64,000 bases of DNA, from positions 2,875-66,874 of the forward strand of contig VXXM01000041.1 of assembly GCA_009835395.1 (NCBI GenBank), read 5' to 3'. Shown here piece after piece: positions 9,087-18,045 of the stretch. The position numbers and the translations under genes were made by a program. Within the stretch, counting starts at the first letter, position 1; every line of letters begins with the position of its first letter. This DNA comes from Acidimicrobiia bacterium (GTDB lineage: Bacteria > Actinomycetota > Acidimicrobiia > Acidimicrobiales > CATQHL01). The notes beneath the pieces were generated by a model. That model worked only from the letters and a program-made list of their open reading frames with translations. It was not told where the DNA came from and did not search any database.

Positions 9087-9143
9087 GACCGTGGGCGGGC
9101 TGACCGACCCCGGCCGCGGGGCGCCGCAGCCCGCCGGACGCAT

Positions 9144-11492
9144 ATGAGCGCACCCGCCACCGCCGGCATCCGCCCCCTCGACCGGCAGCGGATCATCGCC
9201 GACCGGCGCCTGGCGGGGGCTGTGTTCTGCCGTGCCTACAGCCGCCGGGTGGACGAGTGGCTGGCGGAGGTGTATCGGGGCGCCGGCGGTCCCGAGCGGG
9301 GTGTGGCGCTGGTCGCCGTCGGCGGGTACGGCCGTTCCGAACTCAGCCCCGAGAGCGACCTGGACCTGCTGCTGCTGCACGAGCGGGGCCGGGACGTGGC
9401 CATGCTGGCGGGCGACCTGTGGTACCCCGTCTGGAACGAGGGGCTGAAGTTGGGCCACGCGGTGCGCACCGTGCTTCAGACCCTCCAGCTGGCCTCCGAC
9501 GATCTCGACACGGCCACGTCGCTGCTGTCGGCGCGGCATGTGGCCGGTGACCGCGACCTCGCCGAGCGCCTTGCCGGCAGCGCTCGCGACCAGTGGGCCC
9601 GCCGGGCCCGCCGCTGGCTGCCGCAGCTGGCCTCCGACGCCCGCTGGCGGGAGTTCGAGCACGGGGAGGTCGCCTTCAGGCTCCAGCCCGACCTGAAGGA
9701 GTCCACCGGCGGCATGCGCGACCTGCAGGCGCTGCGCTACGTGTCTCTGGCGCGTCCCGACCTCGCCGATCCCGACAGCGCCATGGTGCGCGGCGCCCAC
9801 GAGACCCTGCTGGCCGCTCGCGTCGAGTTGCACCGCGCCACCGGCAACGCCCGCAACCTGCTCACCCTGGAGGTGCAGGGTGACGTGGCTTCGGCGCTCG
9901 GTCACGCCACCGTGGAGGATTTCATGACCGCGGTGGCGGCGGCGGGCCGCACGGTCGGCTGGATGGCCGACGAGACCTGGGCGGGTGTCGAGCACTGGGC
10001 GGCGCCGCGCGGGATGCGCCGGCGCCGCCCCGCGGCCACGACTCTCGAGGCGGGCGTGCAGATCCGTCACGACCGCAACGAGGTGCGTCTCACGCCGGAG
10101 GCGGCGGTGCGCGGCGACGCGCTGCTGCCCCTGCGGGTGGCGGTGGCGGCGGCGAGCCGCGGCACCCGCATCGAGCGCGACTCCCTGCTGCGGCTCGGCG
10201 CCGAGATGGTGCCGCTCGGTGACCCCTGGCCGGCCGGCGCCCGGGAGCTGTTCGTGGAGTTGCTGGCCTGCGGGCGCAATGCCATCCCCATCATCGAGGC
10301 GCTCGACCAGGCGGGGGCCGTGGTCAAGATCCTGCCCGAGTGGGAGACCTGCCGGAGCCGCCTGCAGCGCAACGACTACCACCGATTCACCGTGGACCGC
10401 CACCTCTGCGAGACGGCGGCGCAGGCCGCCGACATGATCGCCGGCGGCGAGGTGAGCGTGCGCCGCCCCGATCTGCTGCTGGTGGCGTCGCTGCTGCACG
10501 ACCTCGGCAAGGGATACCCGGGCGACCACACCATCGTGGGTATGGAGCTCATGGAGGTCATCGGCCGCCGCATGGGTTTCGACACCGACGACGTCGCCAC
10601 GCTCGTCCGGCTCGTCGAGTTGCACCTGCTGCTGCCCGACGTGGCCATCCGGCGCGACATCGACGAGATCACCACCGTGCAGCGGGTGGCGGAGCAGGTT
10701 GGCAGCGTCGAGATGCTGGGACTGCTCGCCGCCCTGACCGAGGCCGACGCGATCTCCACGGGACCCTCGGTGTGGACCCGCTGGAAGGCCGACCTCGTGC
10801 GGGGCCTGGTGCGCCGCACCGAGAACTACCTCCGCAGCGGCGTGCTGGGCGGCGAACCCGAGGCGTTCCCCACCCCCGAGGTCAGCGAGGCCATCGTGGC
10901 CGGGACCGAGATGCTGGAGGTCTCCGAGCGGCAGCTGATCGTGGTCGTGCCGAGCGCTCCGACGGTGCTGGGCGCGGTTGCCGGAGCGATCAGCCTCAAC
11001 GGCCTGAACGTCCTCTCCGCGGCAGTGCACACCGCCGGCGGCATGACGGCGCTGGCGGTGTTCGTGGAGCCGCCGCCGGGCGTCGGGTTGGAGTGGCCGC
11101 CGGTGCTGGCCGACGTGCGCGCCGCGCTCGCCGGCGAGCTGGTGCCCGGCGAGCGGCTGGCCCGCTGGGCGCACGCCGCCTCGGGTGCCGGCGATCCGCT
11201 CGCTCCCGAGCCGGTGACCGAGTCGTACGTGAAGTTCGACAACGAGATCTCGTCGGTGACGGTGGTCGAGGTGGCTGCACCCGACAGCCTCGGCCTGCTC
11301 CACTGGATCACCGAGGCGCTGGTGCGCTCGGGCCTGCACATCGAGCAGGCGAAGGTGCAGACCCTGGGTGACCACGTCGTGGACTCGTTCTACGTGCACG
11401 ACGGCAGCGGCGGCAGGATCACCGACCCGGGGCGGCTCGAGCGGATCGCCGCGGCGGTGCGCGAGGCTGCGGGGATCGCGCCGGCGCCATGA
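9144..11492 (+). CDS. glnD: [protein-PII] uridylyltransferase/uridylyl-removing enzyme
   Basis: Nucleotidyltransferase motif GGYGRSELSPESDLDLLLLH. HD domain (HRFTVDRH...LLHDLGKGYPGDH). Two C-terminal ACT-like segments. 782 aa. Confidence 0.85.
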   Translation: MSAPATAGIRPLDRQRIIADRRLAGAVFCRAYSRRVDEWLAEVYRGAGGPERGVALVAVGGYGRSELSPESDLDLLLLHERGRDVAMLAGDLWYPVWNEGLKLGHAVRTVLQTLQLASDDLDTATSLLSARHVAGDRDLAERLAGSARDQWARRARRWLPQLASDARWREFEHGEVAFRLQPDLKESTGGMRDLQALRYVSLARPDLADPDSAMVRGAHETLLAARVELHRATGNARNLLTLEVQGDVASALGHATVEDFMTAVAAAGRTVGWMADETWAGVEHWAAPRGMRRRRPAATTLEAGVQIRHDRNEVRLTPEAAVRGDALLPLRVAVAAASRGTRIERDSLLRLGAEMVPLGDPWPAGARELFVELLACGRNAIPIIEALDQAGAVVKILPEWETCRSRLQRNDYHRFTVDRHLCETAAQAADMIAGGEVSVRRPDLLLVASLLHDLGKGYPGDHTIVGMELMEVIGRRMGFDTDDVATLVRLVELHLLLPDVAIRRDIDEITTVQRVAEQVGSVEMLGLLAALTEADAISTGPSVWTRWKADLVRGLVRRTENYLRSGVLGGEPEAFPTPEVSEAIVAGTEMLEVSERQLIVVVPSAPTVLGAVAGAISLNGLNVLSAAVHTAGGMTALAVFVEPPPGVGLEWPPVLADVRAALAGELVPGERLARWAHAASGAGDPLAPEPVTESYVKFDNEISSVTVVEVAAPDSLGLLHWITEALVRSGLHIEQAKVQTLGDHVVDSFYVHDGSGGRITDPGRLERIAAAVREAAGIAPAP

Positions 11493-11499
11493 CGGGACG

Positions 11500-12237
11500 A
11501 TGACGGGCCCGTCGCCGAGCGGCCCCGCAGGCGGATCCGCCGAGGGTGCCGGCGGCCCGCACGGCGACGCCATCGGCGAGCTGGAGCTGCTGCGCTGGAG
11601 CGAGGCCCTGGCGGGTATCGCGCGCACCGGCCTGGGGTTCACCGACAGCCACTACGAGCGCGAGCGCTTCGAGGAGGTGCTGGCCGTCGCCGCCGACATC
11701 GCCGCCGCGGCGGGTCGCTGCCACGACCCTGCCTCCCAGATCACCGAGTGGATCGCCGCGGTGGGCAAGGGAGTGCCCGGCTACGTCACCCCCAAGGTGG
11801 CCGTGGGCGCGGTCGTGAGCGACGACGACGGGCGGGTGCTGCTGATCCGCCGGGCGGACTCGGGGTACTGGCTGTATCCCACCGGCTGGGCCGACGTGGG
11901 CTACTCCTCCTCGGAGATCGCCGTCAAGGAGGTGGCCGAGGAGACCGGCATCGACTGCGAGCCGGTGCGGCTCATCGCCGTGCTCGACAGCATGCGCCAC
12001 GGGTTCACGTCTGTGCCCACCTATTCCCTGGTGTACCACTGCCGGGCGGTGGGCGGGGAGTTGCGCGCCCACCCGGTGGAGTGCACCGGCGTGGGGTTCT
12101 TCTCACAGGACGATCTGCCGTCCCCGCTCGCAGGCCCCGACATCTGGGTGGAGCACGCCTTCAGTTCTGTGCGCGGCGAGGCCACCGCCGTCCTCTTCGA
12201 CGCCCCCCGGGAGCCGCTCTGGCGTGCCGGAATCTGA
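11500..12237 (+). CDS. NUDIX hydrolase with Nudix N-terminal helper domain
   Basis: ELLRWSEALAGIARTGLGFTDSHYERERFEEVL (NUDIX_N-like), then the Nudix box GWADVGYSSSEIAVKEVAEETGI. ATG 11500 was chosen, just after the glnD stop. Confidence 0.75.
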   Translation: MTGPSPSGPAGGSAEGAGGPHGDAIGELELLRWSEALAGIARTGLGFTDSHYERERFEEVLAVAADIAAAAGRCHDPASQITEWIAAVGKGVPGYVTPKVAVGAVVSDDDGRVLLIRRADSGYWLYPTGWADVGYSSSEIAVKEVAEETGIDCEPVRLIAVLDSMRHGFTSVPTYSLVYHCRAVGGELRAHPVECTGVGFFSQDDLPSPLAGPDIWVEHAFSSVRGEATAVLFDAPREPLWRAGI

Positions 12238-12285
12238 GGCGCTGCATGGACTATTGGCCTGGACTCTTGGTCGCAATTGAAGTAG

Positions 12286-12314
12286 TTGACAATAGTTATT
12301 GCCTATCGATAATT
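12286..12314 (+). promoter_or_regulatory. sigma-70/SigA-like promoter for the Liv-type importer
   Basis: TTGACA (12286-12291), a 16-17 nt spacer, then GATAAT/ATAATT (12308-12314), inside the most AT-rich stretch of the window. An AAGAGGAGGGG SD lies 5-15 nt before ATG 12403. Confidence 0.5.
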
Positions 12315-12402
12315 TCACATACTGTCCAGCCTGCGACCCACTAGGTTTGTGCAGGAACTAGAGTAGCCACTGGACCATCGACTCAAAGAGGAGGGGATCG
12401 GT

Positions 12403-15012
12403 ATGTCCAAGTTCAACAAGTCTGCCCGCCTTCCATTTTCTCTGCTGGCGGCGCTGTTGTGCGTGATCCTCGTGGCCGCCGCCTGCGGCGAAGACGACGG
12501 CGCCACGGCGCCCACGGCGACCACCGCGGCGGACACGCCGGCTGCCACTGAAGGGCCTGCCGAGACCGACGCGCTCGAGCCCACCGACATGGCCCATCTC
12601 GGCGACGGGTCGCTCGGCACGGTGAGGGTCGAGGCGGGCGACGCCATCCAGATCCGCTCGTTGAACGCCATCTCGGGTGACGTGGCCTTCTTCGGCCTGC
12701 CCATCGAGCGGTCGGTCGTCCTGGCGATCCGGGACTACGGCCAGATCAAGGGCTTCGACGTCGACCTGGGCACCACGCTCGACGATCTCTGCTCCAACGA
12801 CGGCGGCCAGGCCGCGGCCCAGACCGTCGTCGCGGACGATCAGGTGGTCGGCGTGATCGGCACCTCGTGCTCGGGCGCGGCGGTGGCGGCGGCGCCGCTG
12901 ATCGGCGCGGCCGGCATGACGATGATCTCCGGCGGCAACACCTCGCCGGCGCTCACGTCCGACCTCGCGGGCAACGCCGGACCCAACTACAGCGAGGGCT
13001 ACTACCGCACCGCCCACAACGACCTGTTCCAGGGCGCGGCGATGGCCGAGTTCGTGTTCAACGAATTGGGGATCACCACCGCTGCGGCCATCCACGACGG
13101 CGACCCGTACACCCAGGGTCTGGCGCAGGCGTTCACCGACGCCTACGCCGCTCTGGGCGGCGATGTGACCGGCTTCTCGGCGGTCAACAAGGACGACACC
13201 GACATGGTGCCGGTGCTGACCGAGGTCGCCGCAGGCAGCCCCGGAGCGCTGTTCTTCCCGATCTTCCAGCCCGCCGGCGACTTCATCGCCGACCAGGCGC
13301 CGGGAGTGGCCGGGTTGGAGAACACGGTGCTGCTGGCGGCCGACGGCCTGCTGAACACCAACTACCTGTCGCTGCCGCAGACGGTCGGAATGTACTTCTC
13401 CGGGCCCGATCAGCGCTTCGGCGACAACGTGAACCAGAGCACCGGCAAGTCGGCGGTCGACTTCCTTGCCGCTTACGAGGCCGACTACGGCGAGCGTCCG
13501 GCGGCCCCGTTCTGGGCGCACGGCTACGACGCCACCACGCTGCTGCTCGACGCCATCGACGCCGCCTCGTACCTCGACGGCGACACCCTCGTCGTCGACC
13601 GCCAGGGCGTGCGCGAGTTCCTCAACAACGTGGAGGGCTACAGCGGCCTCATCGGCACGATCAACTGCGACAACTTCGGCGACTGCGGCTCCTCGCGCAT
13701 CACCGTGATCCAGAACATCGGCGGCGAGGAGAACGCCGAGGCCAGCATCGACAACGTGGTCTTCTCGTTCTCGCCGCTTGGCTCGGCGGCCGAGGCCGGA
13801 TCGATCCCGCCCATCGAGCTGGAGACGCCGTTCGGTGACGGCTCGCTTGGCACGGTCAGGGTCGAGGCGGGCGACGCGGTGCAGATCCGCTCGCTGAACG
13901 CCATCTCCGGTGACGTGGCCTTCTTCGGGCTCCCGATCGAGCGCAGCGTGGTCCTGGCGATCCGGGACTACGGACCGGTGCGCGGCTTCGACGTGGACCT
14001 CGGTACCACGCTCGACGACCTGTGCTCCAACGACGGCGGGCAGGCCGCGGCGCAGACCATCGTCGCCGACGAGGACGTGATCGGCGTGATCGGCACATCG
14101 TGTTCGGGCGCGGCGGTGGCGGCGGCGCCGCTGGTCACCGCGGCGGGCATGACGATGATCTCCGGCGGCAACACCTCGCCGGCACTCACCTCCGACCTGG
14201 CCGGCAATGCCGGGCCCAACTACAGCGTGGGCTACTACCGCACCGCCCACAACGACCTGTTCCAGGGCGCGGCGATGGCCGAGTTCGTGTTCAACGAATT
14301 GGGGATCACCACCGCTGCGGCCATCCACGACGGCGACCCGTACACCCAGGGTCTGGCGCAGGCGTTCACCGACGCCTACGCCGCTCTGGGCGGCGATGTG
14401 ACCGGCTTCTCGGCGGTCAACAAGGACGACACCGACATGGTGCCGGTGCTGACCGAGGTCGCCGCAGGCAGCCCCGGAGCGCTGTTCTTCCCGATCTTCC
14501 AGCCCGCCGGCGACTTCATCGCCGACCAGGCGCCGGGAGTGGCCGGGTTGGAGAACACGGTGCTGCTGGCGGCCGACGGCCTGCTGAACACCAACTACCT
14601 GTCGCTGCCGCAGACCGAGGGCATGTACTTCTCCGGTCCCGACCAGCGATTCGGTGACAACGTGAACCAGAGCACCGGGAAGAACGCCAACGACTTCCTG
14701 GCCGCCTACGAGGCCGACTACGGCGAGCGTCCGGCGGCGCCGTTCTGGGCGCACGGCTACGACGCCACGGCGATGCTGCTCGACGCCATCGTGGCCGCCT
14801 CCTGGCTGGACGGCGACACCCTGGTGATCGACCGCCAAGGCGTGCGCGACTACCTGAACCAGCTCAAGGGCTACAGCGGTCTCATCGGCACGATCAACTG
14901 CGACGACTTCGGCGACTGCGGCGCCGCCCGCATCACCGTCGTCCAGAACATCGGAGGCGAGGCCAACGCCGATGCCAGCATGGAGAACGTGGTCTTCTCC
15001 TACGCCCCATAG
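12403..15012 (+). CDS. lipoprotein with two tandem LivJ-type (type I periplasmic-binding) branched-chain amino-acid receptor modules
   Basis: Signal peptide plus lipobox (LVAAAC). Two complete ~411-aa modules (period 1233 nt), each with IGTSCSGAA, MISGGNTSPALT and AAIHDGDPYTQG...FPIFQPAG..., as expected of Leu/Ile/Val-binding proteins. Confidence 0.85.
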   Translation: MSKFNKSARLPFSLLAALLCVILVAAACGEDDGATAPTATTAADTPAATEGPAETDALEPTDMAHLGDGSLGTVRVEAGDAIQIRSLNAISGDVAFFGLPIERSVVLAIRDYGQIKGFDVDLGTTLDDLCSNDGGQAAAQTVVADDQVVGVIGTSCSGAAVAAAPLIGAAGMTMISGGNTSPALTSDLAGNAGPNYSEGYYRTAHNDLFQGAAMAEFVFNELGITTAAAIHDGDPYTQGLAQAFTDAYAALGGDVTGFSAVNKDDTDMVPVLTEVAAGSPGALFFPIFQPAGDFIADQAPGVAGLENTVLLAADGLLNTNYLSLPQTVGMYFSGPDQRFGDNVNQSTGKSAVDFLAAYEADYGERPAAPFWAHGYDATTLLLDAIDAASYLDGDTLVVDRQGVREFLNNVEGYSGLIGTINCDNFGDCGSSRITVIQNIGGEENAEASIDNVVFSFSPLGSAAEAGSIPPIELETPFGDGSLGTVRVEAGDAVQIRSLNAISGDVAFFGLPIERSVVLAIRDYGPVRGFDVDLGTTLDDLCSNDGGQAAAQTIVADEDVIGVIGTSCSGAAVAAAPLVTAAGMTMISGGNTSPALTSDLAGNAGPNYSVGYYRTAHNDLFQGAAMAEFVFNELGITTAAAIHDGDPYTQGLAQAFTDAYAALGGDVTGFSAVNKDDTDMVPVLTEVAAGSPGALFFPIFQPAGDFIADQAPGVAGLENTVLLAADGLLNTNYLSLPQTEGMYFSGPDQRFGDNVNQSTGKNANDFLAAYEADYGERPAAPFWAHGYDATAMLLDAIVAASWLDGDTLVIDRQGVRDYLNQLKGYSGLIGTINCDDFGDCGAARITVVQNIGGEANADASMENVVFSYAP
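12996..13382 (+). repeat. 387-bp block 100% identical to 14229-14615 (internal to the double receptor gene)
   Basis: Base-by-base comparison at offset 1233. The first mismatches are at 12995/14228 and 13383/14616. Flanking parts of the two modules are clearly diverged. Confidence 0.85.
14229..14615 (+). repeat. second copy of the 387-bp identical block
   Basis: See 12996-13382. The identical spurious minus-strand ORFs 13143-13361 and 14376-14594 in the ORF track confirm it. Confidence 0.85.
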
Positions 15013-15073
15013 ACCGAAACCCCAAACGAGACCGGCGTCCGCGAATAGTCTTGCGGTTCGTGAGGCCGGCTGA

Positions 15074-16198
15074 ATGAGACAAGGCTGGGCGCCCCGGAGG
15101 ACCGGGGCGCCCCGAACCGGTGTCGACCAATTCCTGACGGTCCTGCGCGTCTTCGCGGTCGGTCTGGTTCTCATCGGCCTGGCGGCGTTCATCGCCCAGG
15201 AGATCAACACCGACAACGCCTTCGCCCGCTGGGCCAACCCCGACGCCACCGGCCTCACCGGCGCCCAGTTCCGGGGCCTCGTGGTGTCGGGCATCGCCCA
15301 GGGCGCCATGTACGGGCTGATCGCGCTGGGCTACTCCATGGTCTACGGCGTTCTGGGGTTCATCAACTTCGCCCACGGCGAGGTCTTCATGATGGGCGCC
15401 ATGACCGGCATGATCACCTCCAACAAGCTGGCCGACGCCGGCCTGTGGGAGAGCAACTTCATCGGCTCGCTGATCTTCATCGTGATCGTCTCGATGATCG
15501 TGTGCACGCTGGTGGCGGTGATCATGGAGCGGGTCGCGTACCGGCCCCTGCGGGGGTCGCCCCGGCTGATCCCGCTGATCACCTCCATAGGGGTGTCGTT
15601 CTTCATCCAGAACGCCTCGATCGTGCTGCTGGGCCCGGCGGCCAAGGCGTACCCGGACGTGCCCGACTGGGTCAAGGACAAGCACACCTTCATCCAGATC
15701 GAGGGGTCCCGGATCCTGGTCGTGGTGGTGGCCGCGGTGTCGATGGGGGTGCTCTGGTACCTGGTGGAGCACACCAAGGGCGGCAAGGCCATGCGGGCGG
15801 TGGCCGAGGACGCCGAGATCGCCGCCCTTATGGGCATCAACGTGAACCGCACCATCGTGAAGGTGTTCGCAGTGGGCGGCGCCATGGCCGGGCTGGCCGG
15901 GATCCTGTGGGGGATCCTGTTCCGCAGCGTGATCCACACCACCGGGTTTCTGCCCGGCATCAAGGCTTTCAGTGCGGCGGTGGTGGGCGGCATTGGCCAT
16001 CTCGGCGGGGCCATGGCCGGAGGGCTGTCGATCGGTGTGGCCGAGTCGGTGGGTCCGCTGCTGATCCTGGAGCCGCTGGGTGTCAGCGGCGTGTCACAGT
16101 TGCGCGACGCGGTCGCCTTCGCGGTGCTGATCGGTGTTCTGTTGCTGCGTCCCGCCGGGATCTTCGGCGAGCGTCTCCCCGCCGAGGACCGCACATGA
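15074..16198 (+). CDS. livH: branched-chain amino-acid ABC permease (LivH type)
   Basis: GAMYGLIALGYSMVYGVLGFINFAHGEVFMMGAM...PLITSIGVSFF...GGIGHLGGAMAGGL. It has a ~60-aa N-terminal extension with one extra hydrophobic segment. Confidence 0.85.
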   Translation: MRQGWAPRRTGAPRTGVDQFLTVLRVFAVGLVLIGLAAFIAQEINTDNAFARWANPDATGLTGAQFRGLVVSGIAQGAMYGLIALGYSMVYGVLGFINFAHGEVFMMGAMTGMITSNKLADAGLWESNFIGSLIFIVIVSMIVCTLVAVIMERVAYRPLRGSPRLIPLITSIGVSFFIQNASIVLLGPAAKAYPDVPDWVKDKHTFIQIEGSRILVVVVAAVSMGVLWYLVEHTKGGKAMRAVAEDAEIAALMGINVNRTIVKVFAVGGAMAGLAGILWGILFRSVIHTTGFLPGIKAFSAAVVGGIGHLGGAMAGGLSIGVAESVGPLLILEPLGVSGVSQLRDAVAFAVLIGVLLLRPAGIFGERLPAEDRT

Positions 16199-18045
16199 CC
16201 GCCACCCTGCCCCCGGAGACGGGAGCAGCCGGCGCGAGTGCCGAGCCCCCGCTGGCGGCATCACGGCCGGCGCTGGCTCAGGACTGGCGGCGGCTGGTGC
16301 GCATGGGCGCGGTCGGTGCGGTCGCGCAGGTCTTCATCGCCCTGTCGAACATGCCGGTGCGCCTCGATGAGCGGGTCATCGTCAAACCGGTGTTGAGTCT
16401 CGGCTACCTGACCCTGCTGATAGTGCCGTTCGCCGCCGGCCACCGGGTGGGGCACCAGATCAAGCGGGAGGGCATGCCGCAGCACGCGGCCGGCGCCCAC
16501 GAGGTGGCCGGGGGCGCGGCCTGCGGGGCCGTCGCCGGCGGCGGCCTGTCGCTGCTGGCGGTGCTGCTGGCCAACTTCGACCTGCGCGAGCCCCTGGTCA
16601 ACTGGAGTCCGATGCTGGCCGAGCTGCTCGCATTCGGCAACGCGACCCGGTTCGCGGTGGTGATCTGGCTGCTGATCGGAGCCGCGGTCGGTGCGCTTGG
16701 AGGTGGCCTGCGGCTGCTCGGACCGCGGACCCGCAGGGCGGTGGTGACCATGGCCCTCGCAGTGGGGGGCGCAGCCGTGCTGGAGCCTCTGGTGGTGGAC
16801 CTGGCCGAGGGCATGCGCCTGGAGGCGCTGACCGACCGGCTGTACGCCCGCCGGGGCGGCATCAACTGGACCAGCGCACTGGGCCTCGCGGCCGGGTCGG
16901 GGATCCTGGCGGTTCTGGGACGGGGCCGGATCCAGCAGGCCAGGGCCCATATCGCGGAGTTGGAGGGCGCTCAGCGCACCCGGACCAACGGCTTGCTGAT
17001 CCTCGCCACCGCCGCGGTGCTGATCGTGCTGCCGCTGTTCGCGGGCAAGCTGACCAACGAGCTTCTGGCCAATGTCGGGCTGTTCGTGCTGTTGGCGCTA
17101 GGCCTCAACGTGGTGGTCGGGCTGGCCGGGATCCTGGACCTCGGCTATGTGGCCTTCTTCGCGGTGGGCAGCTACTCGGCCGCGGTGCTCACCGCGGCCA
17201 CTTCACCGAGGATCAATCCCGAGCTGCCGTGGCTGGTGGCGCTCATCGTCGTGGTGATAATCACCGGGCTGGTGGGGCTGTTCATCGGCGCGCCGGTGAT
17301 CCGGATGCGGGGCGACTACCTGGCCATCGTCACGCTCGGGTTCGGTGAGATCATCCGGCTGATCTTCCTGTCGGACTGGCTGTCGGGCTGGTTCGGCGGA
17401 TCGCAGGGAATCACCAAGATCCCCGGCGCCGGGATCTTCGGGCTCACCAGCGTGGCCGGCACCGACCCGCGCCGGGTCTTCTACCTGGTGCTCGCCTTCT
17501 GCGCCATCGCGATATACGTCTCCTGGCGCCTGGAGCGGTCCCGGCTCGGGCGGGCCTGGATGGCCGTTCGCGAGGACGAGACCGTGGCCGAGGCCATGGG
17601 CATCAACACCGTCAACGTCAAGCTGCTGGCCTTCGTGGTGGGCGCCATCCTCGGCTCCTTCAGCGGTGCCATCTTCGCCAACAAGGTGGGCTCGGTGTTC
17701 CCGTCCAGCTTCCTGATCCTGGTGTCGATGGTCATCCTGGTGGTGGTGATCTTCGGGGGCATGGGCAGCATCATCGGCGTCATCGCCGGTGCGGCGCTTC
17801 TCATCGGCGTGCTGGGCGGGCCGAAGCAGCCCGGCCTGCTGCAGGAGTTCTCCGAGTTCAAGCTGCTGATCTACGGCGCCCTGCTGGTGTGGATGATGTT
17901 GGCCCGGCCGGAGGGGCTCATCCCCAGCGCCCGGCGGACGCGCGAGCTGCACCAGGAGGAGTTCCTGCAGGACGCCTGGCTGCGCGGCGAGGTCGACACC
18001 GATGACGGCAACGGTGCCGAGCCCGAGGCGACGGAGCGATCATGA
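16195..18045 (+). CDS. livM: branched-chain amino-acid ABC permease (LivM type) with a long N-terminal membrane extension
   Basis: The C-terminal ~330 aa are canonical LivM (LALGLNVVVGLAGILDLGYVAFFAVGSY...MRGDYLAIVTLGFGEI...). The first ~270 aa contain additional hydrophobic helices. ATGA overlap with livH. Confidence 0.8.
   Translation: MTATLPPETGAAGASAEPPLAASRPALAQDWRRLVRMGAVGAVAQVFIALSNMPVRLDERVIVKPVLSLGYLTLLIVPFAAGHRVGHQIKREGMPQHAAGAHEVAGGAACGAVAGGGLSLLAVLLANFDLREPLVNWSPMLAELLAFGNATRFAVVIWLLIGAAVGALGGGLRLLGPRTRRAVVTMALAVGGAAVLEPLVVDLAEGMRLEALTDRLYARRGGINWTSALGLAAGSGILAVLGRGRIQQARAHIAELEGAQRTRTNGLLILATAAVLIVLPLFAGKLTNELLANVGLFVLLALGLNVVVGLAGILDLGYVAFFAVGSYSAAVLTAATSPRINPELPWLVALIVVVIITGLVGLFIGAPVIRMRGDYLAIVTLGFGEIIRLIFLSDWLSGWFGGSQGITKIPGAGIFGLTSVAGTDPRRVFYLVLAFCAIAIYVSWRLERSRLGRAWMAVREDETVAEAMGINTVNVKLLAFVVGAILGSFSGAIFANKVGSVFPSSFLILVSMVILVVVIFGGMGSIIGVIAGAALLIGVLGGPKQPGLLQEFSEFKLLIYGALLVWMMLARPEGLIPSARRTRELHQEEFLQDAWLRGEVDTDDGNGAEPEATERS

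Noticed and set aside
8391-11642. 1083-aa ORF on the minus strand
   Set aside because: It is exactly antisense to glnD. The translation is Arg/Gly/Ala/His-rich with no recognisable motifs. This is the typical stop-codon-poor antisense frame of a ~70% GC gene.
12403-15012. Tandem receptor as a simple assembly collapse or artefact
   Set aside because: The two modules differ at many positions outside the 387-bp identical block, and the reading frame runs cleanly through the junction. A genuine fused gene is therefore more likely, though read-level confirmation is still advisable.
12358-15309. 983-aa minus-strand ORF with an internal repeat
   Set aside because: It is antisense to the double LivJ receptor gene. 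Its repeat merely mirrors the plus-strand duplication, and it has no motifs.
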